Source: Patescibacteria group bacterium (lineage in GTDB: Bacteria > Patescibacteriota > WWE3 > UBA101185 > UBA10185). From it: a stretch of DNA of 64,000 nucleotides. Within the stretch, counting starts at the first letter, position 1. Each line of letters opens with the position of its first letter. The notes under the pieces were generated by a model, which worked only from the letters and a program-made list of their open reading frames with translations, did no database searches and was not told the origin of the DNA. The translations under genes and the position numbers were made by a program. The stretch is taken from positions 387,669 to 451,668 of the forward strand of contig JAHJEV010000003.1 in the NCBI GenBank assembly GCA_018825365.1, given 5' to 3'. This document shows positions 26,918-36,075 of this stretch, piece by piece.

Positions 26918-27328
26918 TTGGATATGTATAAACCAATAAAATTTGTTACAAAAATAAATTATAAGGATTTTTCTACTTATTACTTATATTGCAAACCACT
27001 AAAAACTCTTCTTCCTGTGGAAACATCTGAAGATAAACCATTTCCTTCCAGTACAAATACTCTTAAAAGGTTAATTAATGCGTTAGGAGGAAAAATTAAA
27101 TACCTAAAGATATACAGGTATGATCAGAGTAACTTCTATACCTATCTGAATGTTGAGAAGTCCGGAAGTTCTTATGATGTGAATATAAGTTTTAAAGATG
27201 GGATGGATGTGGTGAGGGATTCATGCATTCCGATATATGCTGAAGAAAAAATTCTCACAAACTTTGGGTTTGAAGTAACAGAAGAATTAGTTAAAAAAGC
27301 TTTGACAGAAAACGAAAACTATTTATAA
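26918..27328 (+). CDS. Hypothetical protein
   Basis: 136-aa ORF. Confidence 0.4.
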   Translation: MDMYKPIKFVTKINYKDFSTYYLYCKPLKTLLPVETSEDKPFPSSTNTLKRLINALGGKIKYLKIYRYDQSNFYTYLNVEKSGSSYDVNISFKDGMDVVRDSCIPIYAEEKILTNFGFEVTEELVKKALTENENYL

Positions 27329-28392
27329 AGATATTTTGTGATGTTGACGTTGTGCTCAACGAGAGTCTTTGCATAATGAGTCACACCAGATGTATCGGTT
27401 AAATAAAAATAGTAAGGTGTTGGCTGAGGCTCAACAACAGCCTTTAGTGAGGAAAGACTGACACTTGAAATCGGGGTCGGAGGGAGTCCAGCCTTTTCTC
27501 TCGTATTGTAAGGACTGTCAACCTTTAACTCCTCTGAAGTTAAATCATTCGGCCACCAATTAAGCTCCAGATACTGCTCCAAAGTTGGTATGCAATATCC
27601 GTTTCCTTTACACAGCCTTGTTAATGAAACTGCATATTGAACAGTAGCGTCTGCGTCGAGTTTTACCCCCTCCCTAAGCCTTTTTATCAAAATTCCCGCA
27701 ACGATGGGTCTGTCCGCTTCACTGCTTACCTCTCTTTCAACAATCGAGGCCAACGTAACTAATTGTTCTTTATTAAATCTGGACTTTCTGATGTTTTCTT
27801 CAGTCAAAACCTCGGCCGTTTTTTGATCAAATGTGTCTTTCAATAATTTGACCAACTCTTCTTCATTACTATCTTTGTTTATAAAATAAGTATCCGGGAA
27901 AAGATAACCTTCAAGCCCGGAAGCCGCATTTACAAAAGATGGGTAATCAATTTTTGGAAGCCTTTTTGTTGCGAGTCTTGCAAATTCCTCAGCTCGCCAA
28001 CCTTCGATAAAGGTAACGGTTATATCATTTGTCCCGTGACTTAGCTGCTTAACTAATTCAACTAAGGGGGTTCCAGCCTTTATGGTATATGTTCCTGCCT
28101 GAATACTTAATTCTGATCTGTTTAAAAATACGTGCAAAACGAACAAAAATGGCGAATTAATCGCGCCTCTATCTCCAAGCGTACTGGCAATTTCAAAAAC
28201 GCTATTCCCGCTTCCAATTTCAACTGTTATCTCCTTGTCTGTTTGAGAAGGTCGGTTAATTGCGACATTGTAGTAAAAAAAGAAAAGGGTTGGGACGATT
28301 ACAAGAAAAAAGAAAAGTAGCCATGTCAGTATAATTCTTTTCTTTTTGGGAGTTAGAACATGATATTTTGTGGGATCTAGCTCATCAACCAT
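27319..28392 (-). CDS. mltG: Endolytic murein transglycosylase MltG (YceG-like)
   Basis: N-terminal TM helix and the YceG core, including the GLPPTPI motif. Confidence 0.85.
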   Translation of the reverse strand: MVDELDPTKYHVLTPKKKRIILTWLLFFFLVIVPTLFFFYYNVAINRPSQTDKEITVEIGSGNSVFEIASTLGDRGAINSPFLFVLHVFLNRSELSIQAGTYTIKAGTPLVELVKQLSHGTNDITVTFIEGWRAEEFARLATKRLPKIDYPSFVNAASGLEGYLFPDTYFINKDSNEEELVKLLKDTFDQKTAEVLTEENIRKSRFNKEQLVTLASIVEREVSSEADRPIVAGILIKRLREGVKLDADATVQYAVSLTRLCKGNGYCIPTLEQYLELNWWPNDLTSEELKVDSPYNTREKAGLPPTPISSVSLSSLKAVVEPQPTPYYFYLTDTSGVTHYAKTLVEHNVNITKYLYK

Positions 28393-28571
28393 GCAGTTAT
28401 TTTAACATAGACCGGCCGTTTCTCGATACTTATTTAGTATAGATTTATAACGAGCAGTATAGCTATAAAAGATGGTTCGATGGGGTATTTACAAAGCTTA
28501 TCAATTCTCGACTCCTCGCATTTGAGCTTATGCGAACTGTTAAGATACTAGTGTTTGTTTAGTTTTGTGTG

Positions 28572-28610
28572 AGAAAAAATAGAACCCCTTGATGTAAATC
28601 GCAGGGTTCT
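28572..28610 (-). terminator. Rho-independent terminator for gene 28630..29013
   Basis: On the minus strand: AGAACCC-loop-GGGTTCT followed by ATTTTTTCTC. Confidence 0.45.
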
Positions 28611-28629
28611 TTCAAATAGAGCATTTTGG

Positions 28630-29013
28630 CTACATGAGTTGCTCGGCCCACCTGATTTTTTCTTCAGTTGCCATCAGCCAAAAGCCTTCTGGTAGTATGG
28701 GCCACACATCCACGTTATCGCCCCATTCAATACTGTGGTTGGTTGCGAATCGTCTCCAGGCCTTTGCGAGATAGATAGCCCATCGTCTTAGTCTATCTTG
28801 GCGTTCGGAAGATGTGCTTCCTACTGCAAAAATCTGCATGGCAGTCATGTTGCTTGTGCTGCTCAGTCTGATATGAAGCACAGCGACTTGCCCGTTGTTG
28901 ACATCACCAAGAGCATCAGCGGTTGCCTGTCGAAGAGCTGGACCAAGTTCGTCCATAAACTTATCGATAAGTTCGCTCGCTACCCCGGTAGTAAAAAGAA
29001 GAACATTTGGCAT
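28630..29013 (-). CDS. GC-rich hypothetical protein, possibly tautomerase-superfamily-like (Pro after initiator Met)
   Basis: 127 aa starting MPNV. ~50% GC against a ~36% background. Has its own SD (AAGGAG) and terminator. Confidence 0.45.
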   Translation of the reverse strand: MPNVLLFTTGVASELIDKFMDELGPALRQATADALGDVNNGQVAVLHIRLSSTSNMTAMQIFAVGSTSSERQDRLRRWAIYLAKAWRRFATNHSIEWGDNVDVWPILPEGFWLMATEEKIRWAEQLM

Positions 29014-29126
29014 CTCTCACTCCTTTGAAAATGATCTTATGGATTGTAATTAGGATGATTATATTACAAACGCAGAGTTTCGTCAAATACTACAGGGTAG
29101 TATAATCGCCCGTTTTGTGGTAGAAT

Positions 29127-29452
29127 TCATGCTACAGGAAGCTGGCTGATTGCTGTGCGAAAGCATAGAGGAAAGTCCAGACTGCAAAGAGCAAGGGAAC
29201 GGAGGGTAACCCCCGACGTGTAAACGCTGGTGCTAAACAAACGAAAGTTTGTTTAGACAGAAGGTGAATCAACATCTTCTGAGAGCAACAGAGACGAGCT
29301 TTTTCCGTTAGCTTAAGCATGGAAAAAGAGTGAAACGGGCAATCCCACCCTGCAGAAACCCACGAACGTACCGTTTTAAGCCTGCTCGGCAAGGTATAAA
29401 GATGGGGCGTAGATAGATAATCGGCTAAAACAAAATCTGGCTTACGGGCTTC
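29127..29452 (+). ncRNA. rnpB: RNase P RNA
   Basis: GGAAGCUGG...GAGGAAAGUCCAGACUGCA ... ACAAAAUCUGGCUUACGGGCUUCC. P1 pairing GGAAGC/GCUUCC. Conserved P4-region blocks are present. Confidence 0.75.
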
Positions 29453-29465
29453 CTGTGCCCAAAAA

Positions 29466-30455
29466 TTACTTGGATAATCCCAAATATCTTTTAAGAATTA
29501 TAGTTCCGATCATCGTCACCGGCATTGCGCATATCGCTCCAACGATACCAAAAAAGTGGCTTCCCACCAAAAGCGCGATTAAAACCATCAGAGGTCTAAA
29601 ACCTGACACCCTTCCCATAACTTTAGGTACCAATATATTATTTTCAAGCTGTTGAATAAGTATAAACAAAACAACCACCCCAATTCCTTTTATCGGAGAT
29701 TCCGTAAAACCAACTATTCCGGCAAGTATCCCTGAAATAACAGGACCAATCATCGGAATTGCCTCTGCGATACCGGCAACAATTGCCAAAGCTACAAAAT
29801 ACTTTATTCCCAAAATTGCCAAACCTACAAAACTAGCAAGACCAATTACAAGCATGAGCAAAAGCTCCCCCCTCACCCAAGCTCCAACACTTTTTTCGAT
29901 CTCCTCAAATGTTTCCTCTACTGTTTCTTCCATCTTATCCGGGAAAATACCAATAAAATTCTTTTTAATATTTAGCCAATCCAAAGACATATAGATTGAA
30001 ATAATTATTAAACTTATAAAAGCCGCCACGTTTGTAAAAACAGAAACTGTTGCCGACAAAATTCCGGTTGTAACTTTAGAGGCTTGGGGGATTAACTCAG
30101 AAAAGTTAAGTTCCAGGTTTCCGGGTAAAGTTATGTTTCTCATAATTGAAGAAAGGTTCACAATCATTTTTTGAGATTCAGAAACTACCGGTGGGACAAT
30201 AAAAGTCACAACACCAATTAAAATTGCAGTCAATATAAGGTAAGAAATTATTACAGCGGCACCTCTTGATAAGGGTTTGTTAAAAAGAGTCAGCCTCGTA
30301 AAATATTTAACAGCCGATTCCATTGATATGACAATCAAAGTGGCTATAAAAAGAATCCCTATTATGGGGCCAAGTTTATAAATAACATAAATACCCAATA
30401 AAGCTAGCAGAGTTACAAATATCGTCTTTACGGATATAACAATCTCTTTATTCAT
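29466..30455 (-). CDS. AI-2E family transporter (UPF0118/PerM-like)
   Basis: 329-aa, ~8-TM protein with the typical AI-2E architecture and length. Confidence 0.75.
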   Translation of the reverse strand: MNKEIVISVKTIFVTLLALLGIYVIYKLGPIIGILFIATLIVISMESAVKYFTRLTLFNKPLSRGAAVIISYLILTAILIGVVTFIVPPVVSESQKMIVNLSSIMRNITLPGNLELNFSELIPQASKVTTGILSATVSVFTNVAAFISLIIISIYMSLDWLNIKKNFIGIFPDKMEETVEETFEEIEKSVGAWVRGELLLMLVIGLASFVGLAILGIKYFVALAIVAGIAEAIPMIGPVISGILAGIVGFTESPIKGIGVVVLFILIQQLENNILVPKVMGRVSGFRPLMVLIALLVGSHFFGIVGAICAMPVTMIGTIILKRYLGLSK

Positions 30456-31391
30456 TTAACTTAGTTCTCCTTCAACTTTATTGTATATTATTTTCCAGCA
30501 GTCGTCTTTGGAAATGTCCACCCAAAATATGTCTTTGTTTTTTTTGAAATACGTCATCTGTCTCTTTATATATTTGTGGACATCGTACTTAGATTTTTGA
30601 ATTGCTTCCCCCTCGGTTGTTTTTCCTTCTACAAACTGTATGGTTGATTTGTAAACCAGCCCATGCATTTTTGGGGAACTTCCGTACCCCAGTTTTATTA
30701 AATTCTTCACTTCCTCAATAATCCCACACTTCCATATTTTTTCTACCCATAAATCCGACCTTTTATATAAAAATCCTCTCGGAGCATTTAATCCAATGTA
30801 GAGAAAATCACAATTTTTAAGATAGGGGAGAGCGGCTTCATTTATTTCCTTGGAAATTTCCCTTTCAATAGCTCTTACCAGACGAATTTTATTATTTTTG
30901 TCTATTTTATTAAAAGCTTCCGGACTGAGTTTAGACAACTTCTCCTTTAAATCTTCTAAACTCATTAAATTCAAGGATTCTCTTAATTCCAAGTCAGGCT
31001 TTACTTTCGAAGGTTTAACTTTTCCAGTGAAAAGATCAATATAAAAACCTGTTCCCCCTACCAAAAATACATTTTTGTCGGACTTTAAAATTTCTTTGGT
31101 CTTTTTTAAAGCAAAAAGCGCGAAATCATATCCAGAAAAAAACGTGTTCAAAGCTGTAAGGTCGTATCCCCAAACCCTTATTCCGTCTAACACCCAGCTT
31201 TCGTTTCCCCTCTCGACATTAATATCGTGATCGATAGGAAATTTACCTGTTCCAATATCCATACCTTTGTAAATCTGTCTTGAATCAGCTGAGATTATTT
31301 CTCCGTTGTACTTCTTGCATAAATCCAAAGCCAAAGAAGTTTTTCCTGAAGATGTGGGACCTAAAATTATAAAAACCTTACTTTTTTTCAT
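30456..31391 (-). CDS. miaA: tRNA dimethylallyltransferase
   Basis: ILGPTSSGKTSLALDL P-loop and ISADSRQIYKGMDIGTGK. Confidence 0.85.
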   Translation of the reverse strand: MKKSKVFIILGPTSSGKTSLALDLCKKYNGEIISADSRQIYKGMDIGTGKFPIDHDINVERGNESWVLDGIRVWGYDLTALNTFFSGYDFALFALKKTKEILKSDKNVFLVGGTGFYIDLFTGKVKPSKVKPDLELRESLNLMSLEDLKEKLSKLSPEAFNKIDKNNKIRLVRAIEREISKEINEAALPYLKNCDFLYIGLNAPRGFLYKRSDLWVEKIWKCGIIEEVKNLIKLGYGSSPKMHGLVYKSTIQFVEGKTTEGEAIQKSKYDVHKYIKRQMTYFKKNKDIFWVDISKDDCWKIIYNKVEGELS

Positions 31392-32589
31392 TTTTCGATT
31401 GTTTCCAAACTTTTGTTAAGTATGAGTGCCTTCTTTTTTTCTCAAGTAAAGGTACGTCATCTTTTAGCGTCATTTGAGCAACAGTACCCTTTCTTGGAGA
31501 ATACATTGCAATAAAAGCAACCGCAAATTTGGCTTTCCTTACAAGTTTTACTGTATCCATAAATTGCTTTTTTGTTTCTCCCGGAAACCCAACTATTAGG
31601 TCCGTTCCTATTTCAACCCTCGGCTTTGCTTTTCTTATTCTTTTTACCAAATCTAAAAACTCCTCGGCGGTGTATCTCCTGTTCATCGCCTTAAGAATTT
31701 CATTATTCCCGGACTGAACTGCAATGTGAATATAATTTGAAATCTTTGAAAGCGTTATCGCTTCAACAAGATCGTTTGTGAAATCAAAAGGATTTGAAGA
31801 TATAAAATCTATTTTTTCTAAACCTTCAATCTTGTGTAGCTCCCTTAATAATCCGGCGAATGGAAGTTTTTGACTGTTTCCAAGTCTAATTTTTGCTTTT
31901 TCACTTTTACTCAAACTCCAGGAGTTCACATTTTGACCACAAAGCGTGATTTCATTCTTCCCGTTTTTGACCAAACACTTTATTTCCTGCAAAATTTCTT
32001 TTTTGCTTCGGGAAACTTCCCCGCCTCTTGAATAGGGGACAACACAATAGCTACAAAAGTTATCACATCCAAAAGAAACATTCACAAAAGCATGGTTCTT
32101 ATCGTTTTTTTTCCTCTCAACTTTACCGGTACTTATTTTCTTTACTCTTTTCATTAAGTTATTCTCCTTTAAAGCCTTAAGTAACCCGGAAACATCACTT
32201 GGAGCAAAATAACCATTAAAATTTCGCGTTTTTCTTTGAAGATCTTCTATTTGGTATCTTTTCCTATTACCCAGTGCGCTACCGACAATACAACCCGTCA
32301 ATAAAACGCACGATCTTTTTCTTTTTTCTCTATCAAACTGATTAATTATCTTTCCTATCCCATAAACCTTATCCTCACTTTTTTGTCTTACCGAGCAGGA
32401 ATTAACAATAAACAGATCTACTTTCTTCAACACATAGTTGATCTCCTCGACCTCATTTTTAAATTTCGGTAATTTAAGTTCTACAAAACCCAAATCCTCA
32501 AGTAAACCCGCGATTAGACCTGAGTCCGCCTCATTTGCGTAACATCCGAAAGTTTTAATGAAATAGGTTTTGGAAATGGAACTTAACAT
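31378..32589 (-). CDS. miaB: Radical SAM methylthiotransferase (MiaB-like)
   Basis: N-terminal MTTase domain Cys (TFGCYANEAD, CSVR), radical SAM CDNFCSYC, TRAM-like C-terminus. Adjacent to miaA. Confidence 0.75.
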   Translation of the reverse strand: MLSSISKTYFIKTFGCYANEADSGLIAGLLEDLGFVELKLPKFKNEVEEINYVLKKVDLFIVNSCSVRQKSEDKVYGIGKIINQFDREKRKRSCVLLTGCIVGSALGNRKRYQIEDLQRKTRNFNGYFAPSDVSGLLKALKENNLMKRVKKISTGKVERKKNDKNHAFVNVSFGCDNFCSYCVVPYSRGGEVSRSKKEILQEIKCLVKNGKNEITLCGQNVNSWSLSKSEKAKIRLGNSQKLPFAGLLRELHKIEGLEKIDFISSNPFDFTNDLVEAITLSKISNYIHIAVQSGNNEILKAMNRRYTAEEFLDLVKRIRKAKPRVEIGTDLIVGFPGETKKQFMDTVKLVRKAKFAVAFIAMYSPRKGTVAQMTLKDDVPLLEKKRRHSYLTKVWKQSKNEKK

Positions 32590-32594
32590 GAAAA

Positions 32595-32945
32595 TTAACT
32601 AATTAATGAACCGTTTTTGGCCTTCTTTTTTGGCACAATTAGAATGATTTTTCCGTCATACTCTACAGCTAAAATCATCCCCTCAGACTCAAGCCCTATC
32701 ATCTTTCTTGGCCCTATATTAATAACAAATGCCGCCTGTTTGCCTATTAAACTTTTGGGCTTAAACCACTGCTTAATGCCTGAGAGTATCTGTCTTTTCC
32801 CAAGATCCCCAAAATCAACTTGAAGTTTAATAAGTTTCTCGGAGTCTTCAACATTTTCGGCCGATACAATAGTCCCAATTCTCATATCAACTTTTGCAAA
32901 ATCTTCAAATTTTATCTGCGGTTTTAACCCGATATTAGCGTTCAT
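32595..32945 (-). CDS. tRNA-binding domain protein (CsaA/EMAP-like OB fold)
   Basis: KVDMRIGTIVSAE...KLIKLQVDFG pattern of the MetRS C-terminal-like tRNA-binding domain. Confidence 0.7.
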   Translation of the reverse strand: MNANIGLKPQIKFEDFAKVDMRIGTIVSAENVEDSEKLIKLQVDFGDLGKRQILSGIKQWFKPKSLIGKQAAFVINIGPRKMIGLESEGMILAVEYDGKIILIVPKKKAKNGSLIS

Positions 32946-32950
32946 ACGGT

Positions 32951-32985
32951 TGACTATACCGCAATTATTCTATAAACTCCACCTG
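32951..32985 (+). promoter_or_regulatory. Candidate sigma70-type promoter for rpmH-rnpA-yidD-yidC
   Basis: TTGACT - 15/17 nt - TATAAA/TAAACT upstream of a GGAGG SD. Confidence 0.35.
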
Positions 32986-33003
32986 TACATTTGGAGGTAA
33001 AAA

Positions 33004-33162
33004 ATGGCAAAAACATTTAGAACATACCAGCCTAAGAAAAGAAAAAGAGCCAAAACTCATGGCTTTAGAAAAAGGATGTCCACACCCGGTGGCAAAAATG
33101 TTATTAAAAGACGAATGGCAAAAGGTAGAAAGAAACTATCTGTTGTTTCAAAGTCAAAGTAG
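33004..33162 (+). CDS. rpmH: 50S ribosomal protein L34
   Basis: [25 protein letters not shown]... Not in the ORF track (below its length cutoff); hand-translated. Confidence 0.9.
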   Translation: MAKTFRTYQPKKRKRAKTHGFRKRMSTPGGKNVIKRRMAKGRKKLSVVSKSK

Positions 33163-33179
33163 TTTCTGCTCAATTTACA

Positions 33180-33530
33180 ATGCTCAAAAAAGAAAATCGT
33201 CTCTCTTCCAATTTTGAATTTAACATAGCAAGAAAATATGGAACCCATGTCGAAGGAGATTTCTCACATATTTATTTTGTAACACCGAAAAATTACGAAG
33301 GACCGACAAAAGTTGGGGTTGTTGTTTCAAACAAGTTACATAAAAACGCGGTAGTTAGAAATAGAATTAAAAGATTATACAGAGAGGCAGTTAGGAATAG
33401 TTTTGATAAGATAAACAAAGGAAACCTGTGGGTCGCAATTCATCCGAAGTTTAACTCACAAGATAAGACTTATGAAGAAATTAATGCTGACTTTAATAAG
33501 ATTCTACAAAAAGCATCTTTCTCCAATTAA
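33180..33530 (+). CDS. rnpA: Ribonuclease P protein component
   Basis: KRLSSNFEF... and RNRIKRLYRE (RNR motif) directly after rpmH. Confidence 0.85.
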   Translation: MLKKENRLSSNFEFNIARKYGTHVEGDFSHIYFVTPKNYEGPTKVGVVVSNKLHKNAVVRNRIKRLYREAVRNSFDKINKGNLWVAIHPKFNSQDKTYEEINADFNKILQKASFSN

Positions 33531-33687
33531 TTTTGGGTTGGATATTTGTAGATACAAACCAAGCTGCGCCGATTACACATACCAAGCTATCGAAAAATAT
33601 GGGGCACTAAGGGGTGGTTGGATGGGTTTCAAAAGAGTGTTAGGATGTAATCCGTTTTCCAAAGGAGGCAACGATCCTGTAAAATAA
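33472..33687 (+). CDS. yidD: Membrane protein insertion efficiency factor YidD
   Basis: CRYKPSCADY...GALRGGWMGFKRVLGCNPFSKGGNDPV, classic YidD. Confidence 0.8.
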   Translation: MKKLMLTLIRFYKKHLSPINFGLDICRYKPSCADYTYQAIEKYGALRGGWMGFKRVLGCNPFSKGGNDPVK

Positions 33688-33702
33688 CAGAATCTAAAAA
33701 CT

Positions 33703-34476
33703 ATGTGGAATATCGTTCTAGTTAATCCAATATTAAACTTGCTAGTAGCCTTGTACAGAGGCGTTGGGAACCTTGGTATTGCCATAATTATTTTCACAAT
33801 TATTGTGAAGTTTGCAATGATTCCTTTAACAATCCCGTCAATAAAAATGGCAAAAAAGCAAAGGGACATCCAACCGGAACTTGACAAATTAAAAAAGAAA
33901 TTCAGTTACGACAAGAAAAAACTCGCTGAAGAGCAGATGCTTCTTTTCAAAAGACACGGAATAAATCCCACGTCCGGATGCATAACAACCATTATTACAT
34001 TTGTTTTCATGATTGCTATATACAACGTCATATCAATGTTTACTATGGCAAAGGATATCCAACTTATTAACGCCAGACTTTATTTCCCCTCATTTATATT
34101 TGGTGCGGGCGAGACAATTAACACATCATTTTTACACCTAAATCTTACAAAACCAGATCCTTTTATTATTGTTACTATTCTTGCAGTACTTACACAATTT
34201 ATTGCAACAAAAATGATGATGCCCTTCTCCCAAGTTGCCGATAAAGCAGTTAAAAAAACTCCCGGCCATGCCGACGACATAGCTCAAGCAATGCAAAAGC
34301 AAAACTTATACATAATGCCGATAATGTTTTTCGTATTCGGACTTACTCTACCCTCCGGTGTCATGCTTTACATTTTGTTCTCAACTATTTTCCAAATTGT
34401 TCAGACATACATGTTTTCAGGCTGGGGAGGATTAAAACCCTGGCTAATTAAATTAAAATTTTTTAAAAGGGAATGA
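33703..34476 (+). CDS. yidC: Membrane protein insertase YidC (short Oxa1-type)
   Basis: Conserved first TM and IPLTIPSIKMAKKQRDIQPE...LFKRHGINP core. Confidence 0.85.
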   Translation: MWNIVLVNPILNLLVALYRGVGNLGIAIIIFTIIVKFAMIPLTIPSIKMAKKQRDIQPELDKLKKKFSYDKKKLAEEQMLLFKRHGINPTSGCITTIITFVFMIAIYNVISMFTMAKDIQLINARLYFPSFIFGAGETINTSFLHLNLTKPDPFIIVTILAVLTQFIATKMMMPFSQVADKAVKKTPGHADDIAQAMQKQNLYIMPIMFFVFGLTLPSGVMLYILFSTIFQIVQTYMFSGWGGLKPWLIKLKFFKRE

Positions 34477-34958
34477 AGCATATGGATATTAAAGAGGTAA
34501 TCGAAACAAATCTTAAGAAAATATTTTCTCTTATCGGTATAAAACCCGAGTATTCAATCGAATCGGACGAAGAAGGTGTGTACAATGTGAAAATCTCAGG
34601 TGACAACCTAAATTTCCTAATCGGATTTAGGGGACAGTCTCTTGAGGCTCTTCAAACTCTTTTAAAATTAATAGTTTTTAGAAAAACCGAACAACAAATA
34701 GTTCTTTCAGTAGACATAAACAGCTACAAGAATCAAAAAAGTGAAAGGTTGCAGGAAATGGCAAGAGGTTTTATAGATAAAGTTAGATTTTTTGAGAAAG
34801 AAATTGAACTTCCAGTTATGAACCCCTGGGAAAGAAGACAAATTCACGTGTTTGTTGCTGAATACGAAGACGTAATTTCAGAAAGCACCGGAGAAGGTGA
34901 AAGTAGAAGGGTAGTTTTAAAGCCTAACAAGGTTGGTTCCAAAAAGAAGGAAAAATGA
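34473..34958 (+). CDS. jag: Jag/KhpB RNA-binding protein (KH + R3H domains)
   Basis: GFRGQSLEALQ (KH-like) and ELPVMNPWERRQIHVFV (R3H). Follows yidC. Confidence 0.75.
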   Translation: MKHMDIKEVIETNLKKIFSLIGIKPEYSIESDEEGVYNVKISGDNLNFLIGFRGQSLEALQTLLKLIVFRKTEQQIVLSVDINSYKNQKSERLQEMARGFIDKVRFFEKEIELPVMNPWERRQIHVFVAEYEDVISESTGEGESRRVVLKPNKVGSKKKEK

Positions 34959-36061
34959 AATTTTCTTGCTTACAGGAAAACTTATCAAAGGGACTTCAAA
35001 CAGTAATGCATGCCGTTCCTGCTAAAAGTTCGTTGCCGATTTTATCCAATGTTTTGATCTCAACTGATAACGGAAGACTTAAACTTGCGTCCACAAATCT
35101 GGAAACCGCAATCAGCACTTTTGTTGGTGCTTCAGTAGATGAGGAAGGATCAACCACAATACCCGCAAGGCTCCTGAAAGATTTTATAACTAACCTTTCC
35201 CCGGGAAAAATTAACGCACAGGTTAAGGATGAGATTCTCATCATCACCTCAAAAAACACTAAATCAAAATTTAATGGGAGTAGCGCCCACGACTTCCCGG
35301 AATTACCGACATTTCCAAAGAAATCAAAAGGTTTGGAACTTGATCCAACAACGTTAAACGAAGCTATGTCACTGGTTGCTTTTGCATCCGGAATCGACTC
35401 CAGCAGACCTATTTTTACCGGTATTTCTGTCACATTCTCAAAAGGTAAATTAACCCTTGCCGCAACAGACGGTTTCAGACTCTCAGAAAAAATAGTTACA
35501 ATTAAATCCAATGCCGAGGATTTTTCTGTAGTTCTTCCAGCAAAAACACTTTCTGAAGTCTCTAAAATATTTTCGTCATCTTCAGAACCAATTCAATTTG
35601 CTCTAAACCAAGATGAGAACCTAGCATTATTCAAATCTGAGGATACTTTAATCGCAACAAGAATACTTGATGGCCAATACCCCGATTACAAGAAAATAAT
35701 CCCAACGGAACATGTCGTTAAAGCCGATTTTAATACGATAGATTTCTTCGAGGCTGTGAGGCTTACAGATATTTTTGCCAAAGAGGGAAACAATACTATA
35801 AAGGTTCGATTTGACCCCGAAGGAAAGATAAAAATCACATCATTATCCGAAGAAACAGGTCAACACGAGAGCGTTTTCTCTGCCGAAATAGAGGGAGAGC
35901 TTGTTGAAATCGCATTTAACTCGAAATACCTGTTAGATTTTTTAACAAACATCAAATCTGAAAAGATTGAATTTCTGTCTAATGGAAATGTATCACCATG
36001 TTTGTTCGAACCTGACAAGCAAAAGAACTTCATACATATAATAATGCCGATGCAAATTTAA
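34955..36061 (+). CDS. dnaN: DNA polymerase III beta sliding clamp
   Basis: MKFSCLQENLSKGLQTV...LPILSNVLI N-terminus and three-domain length. Confidence 0.85.
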   Translation: MKFSCLQENLSKGLQTVMHAVPAKSSLPILSNVLISTDNGRLKLASTNLETAISTFVGASVDEEGSTTIPARLLKDFITNLSPGKINAQVKDEILIITSKNTKSKFNGSSAHDFPELPTFPKKSKGLELDPTTLNEAMSLVAFASGIDSSRPIFTGISVTFSKGKLTLAATDGFRLSEKIVTIKSNAEDFSVVLPAKTLSEVSKIFSSSSEPIQFALNQDENLALFKSEDTLIATRILDGQYPDYKKIIPTEHVVKADFNTIDFFEAVRLTDIFAKEGNNTIKVRFDPEGKIKITSLSEETGQHESVFSAEIEGELVEIAFNSKYLLDFLTNIKSEKIEFLSNGNVSPCLFEPDKQKNFIHIIMPMQI

Positions 36062-36075
36062 CTTTCTGAGGGATT

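Noticed and set aside
29132-29392. 86-aa minus-strand ORF
   Set aside because: It lies entirely inside the RNase P RNA gene and is GC-driven.
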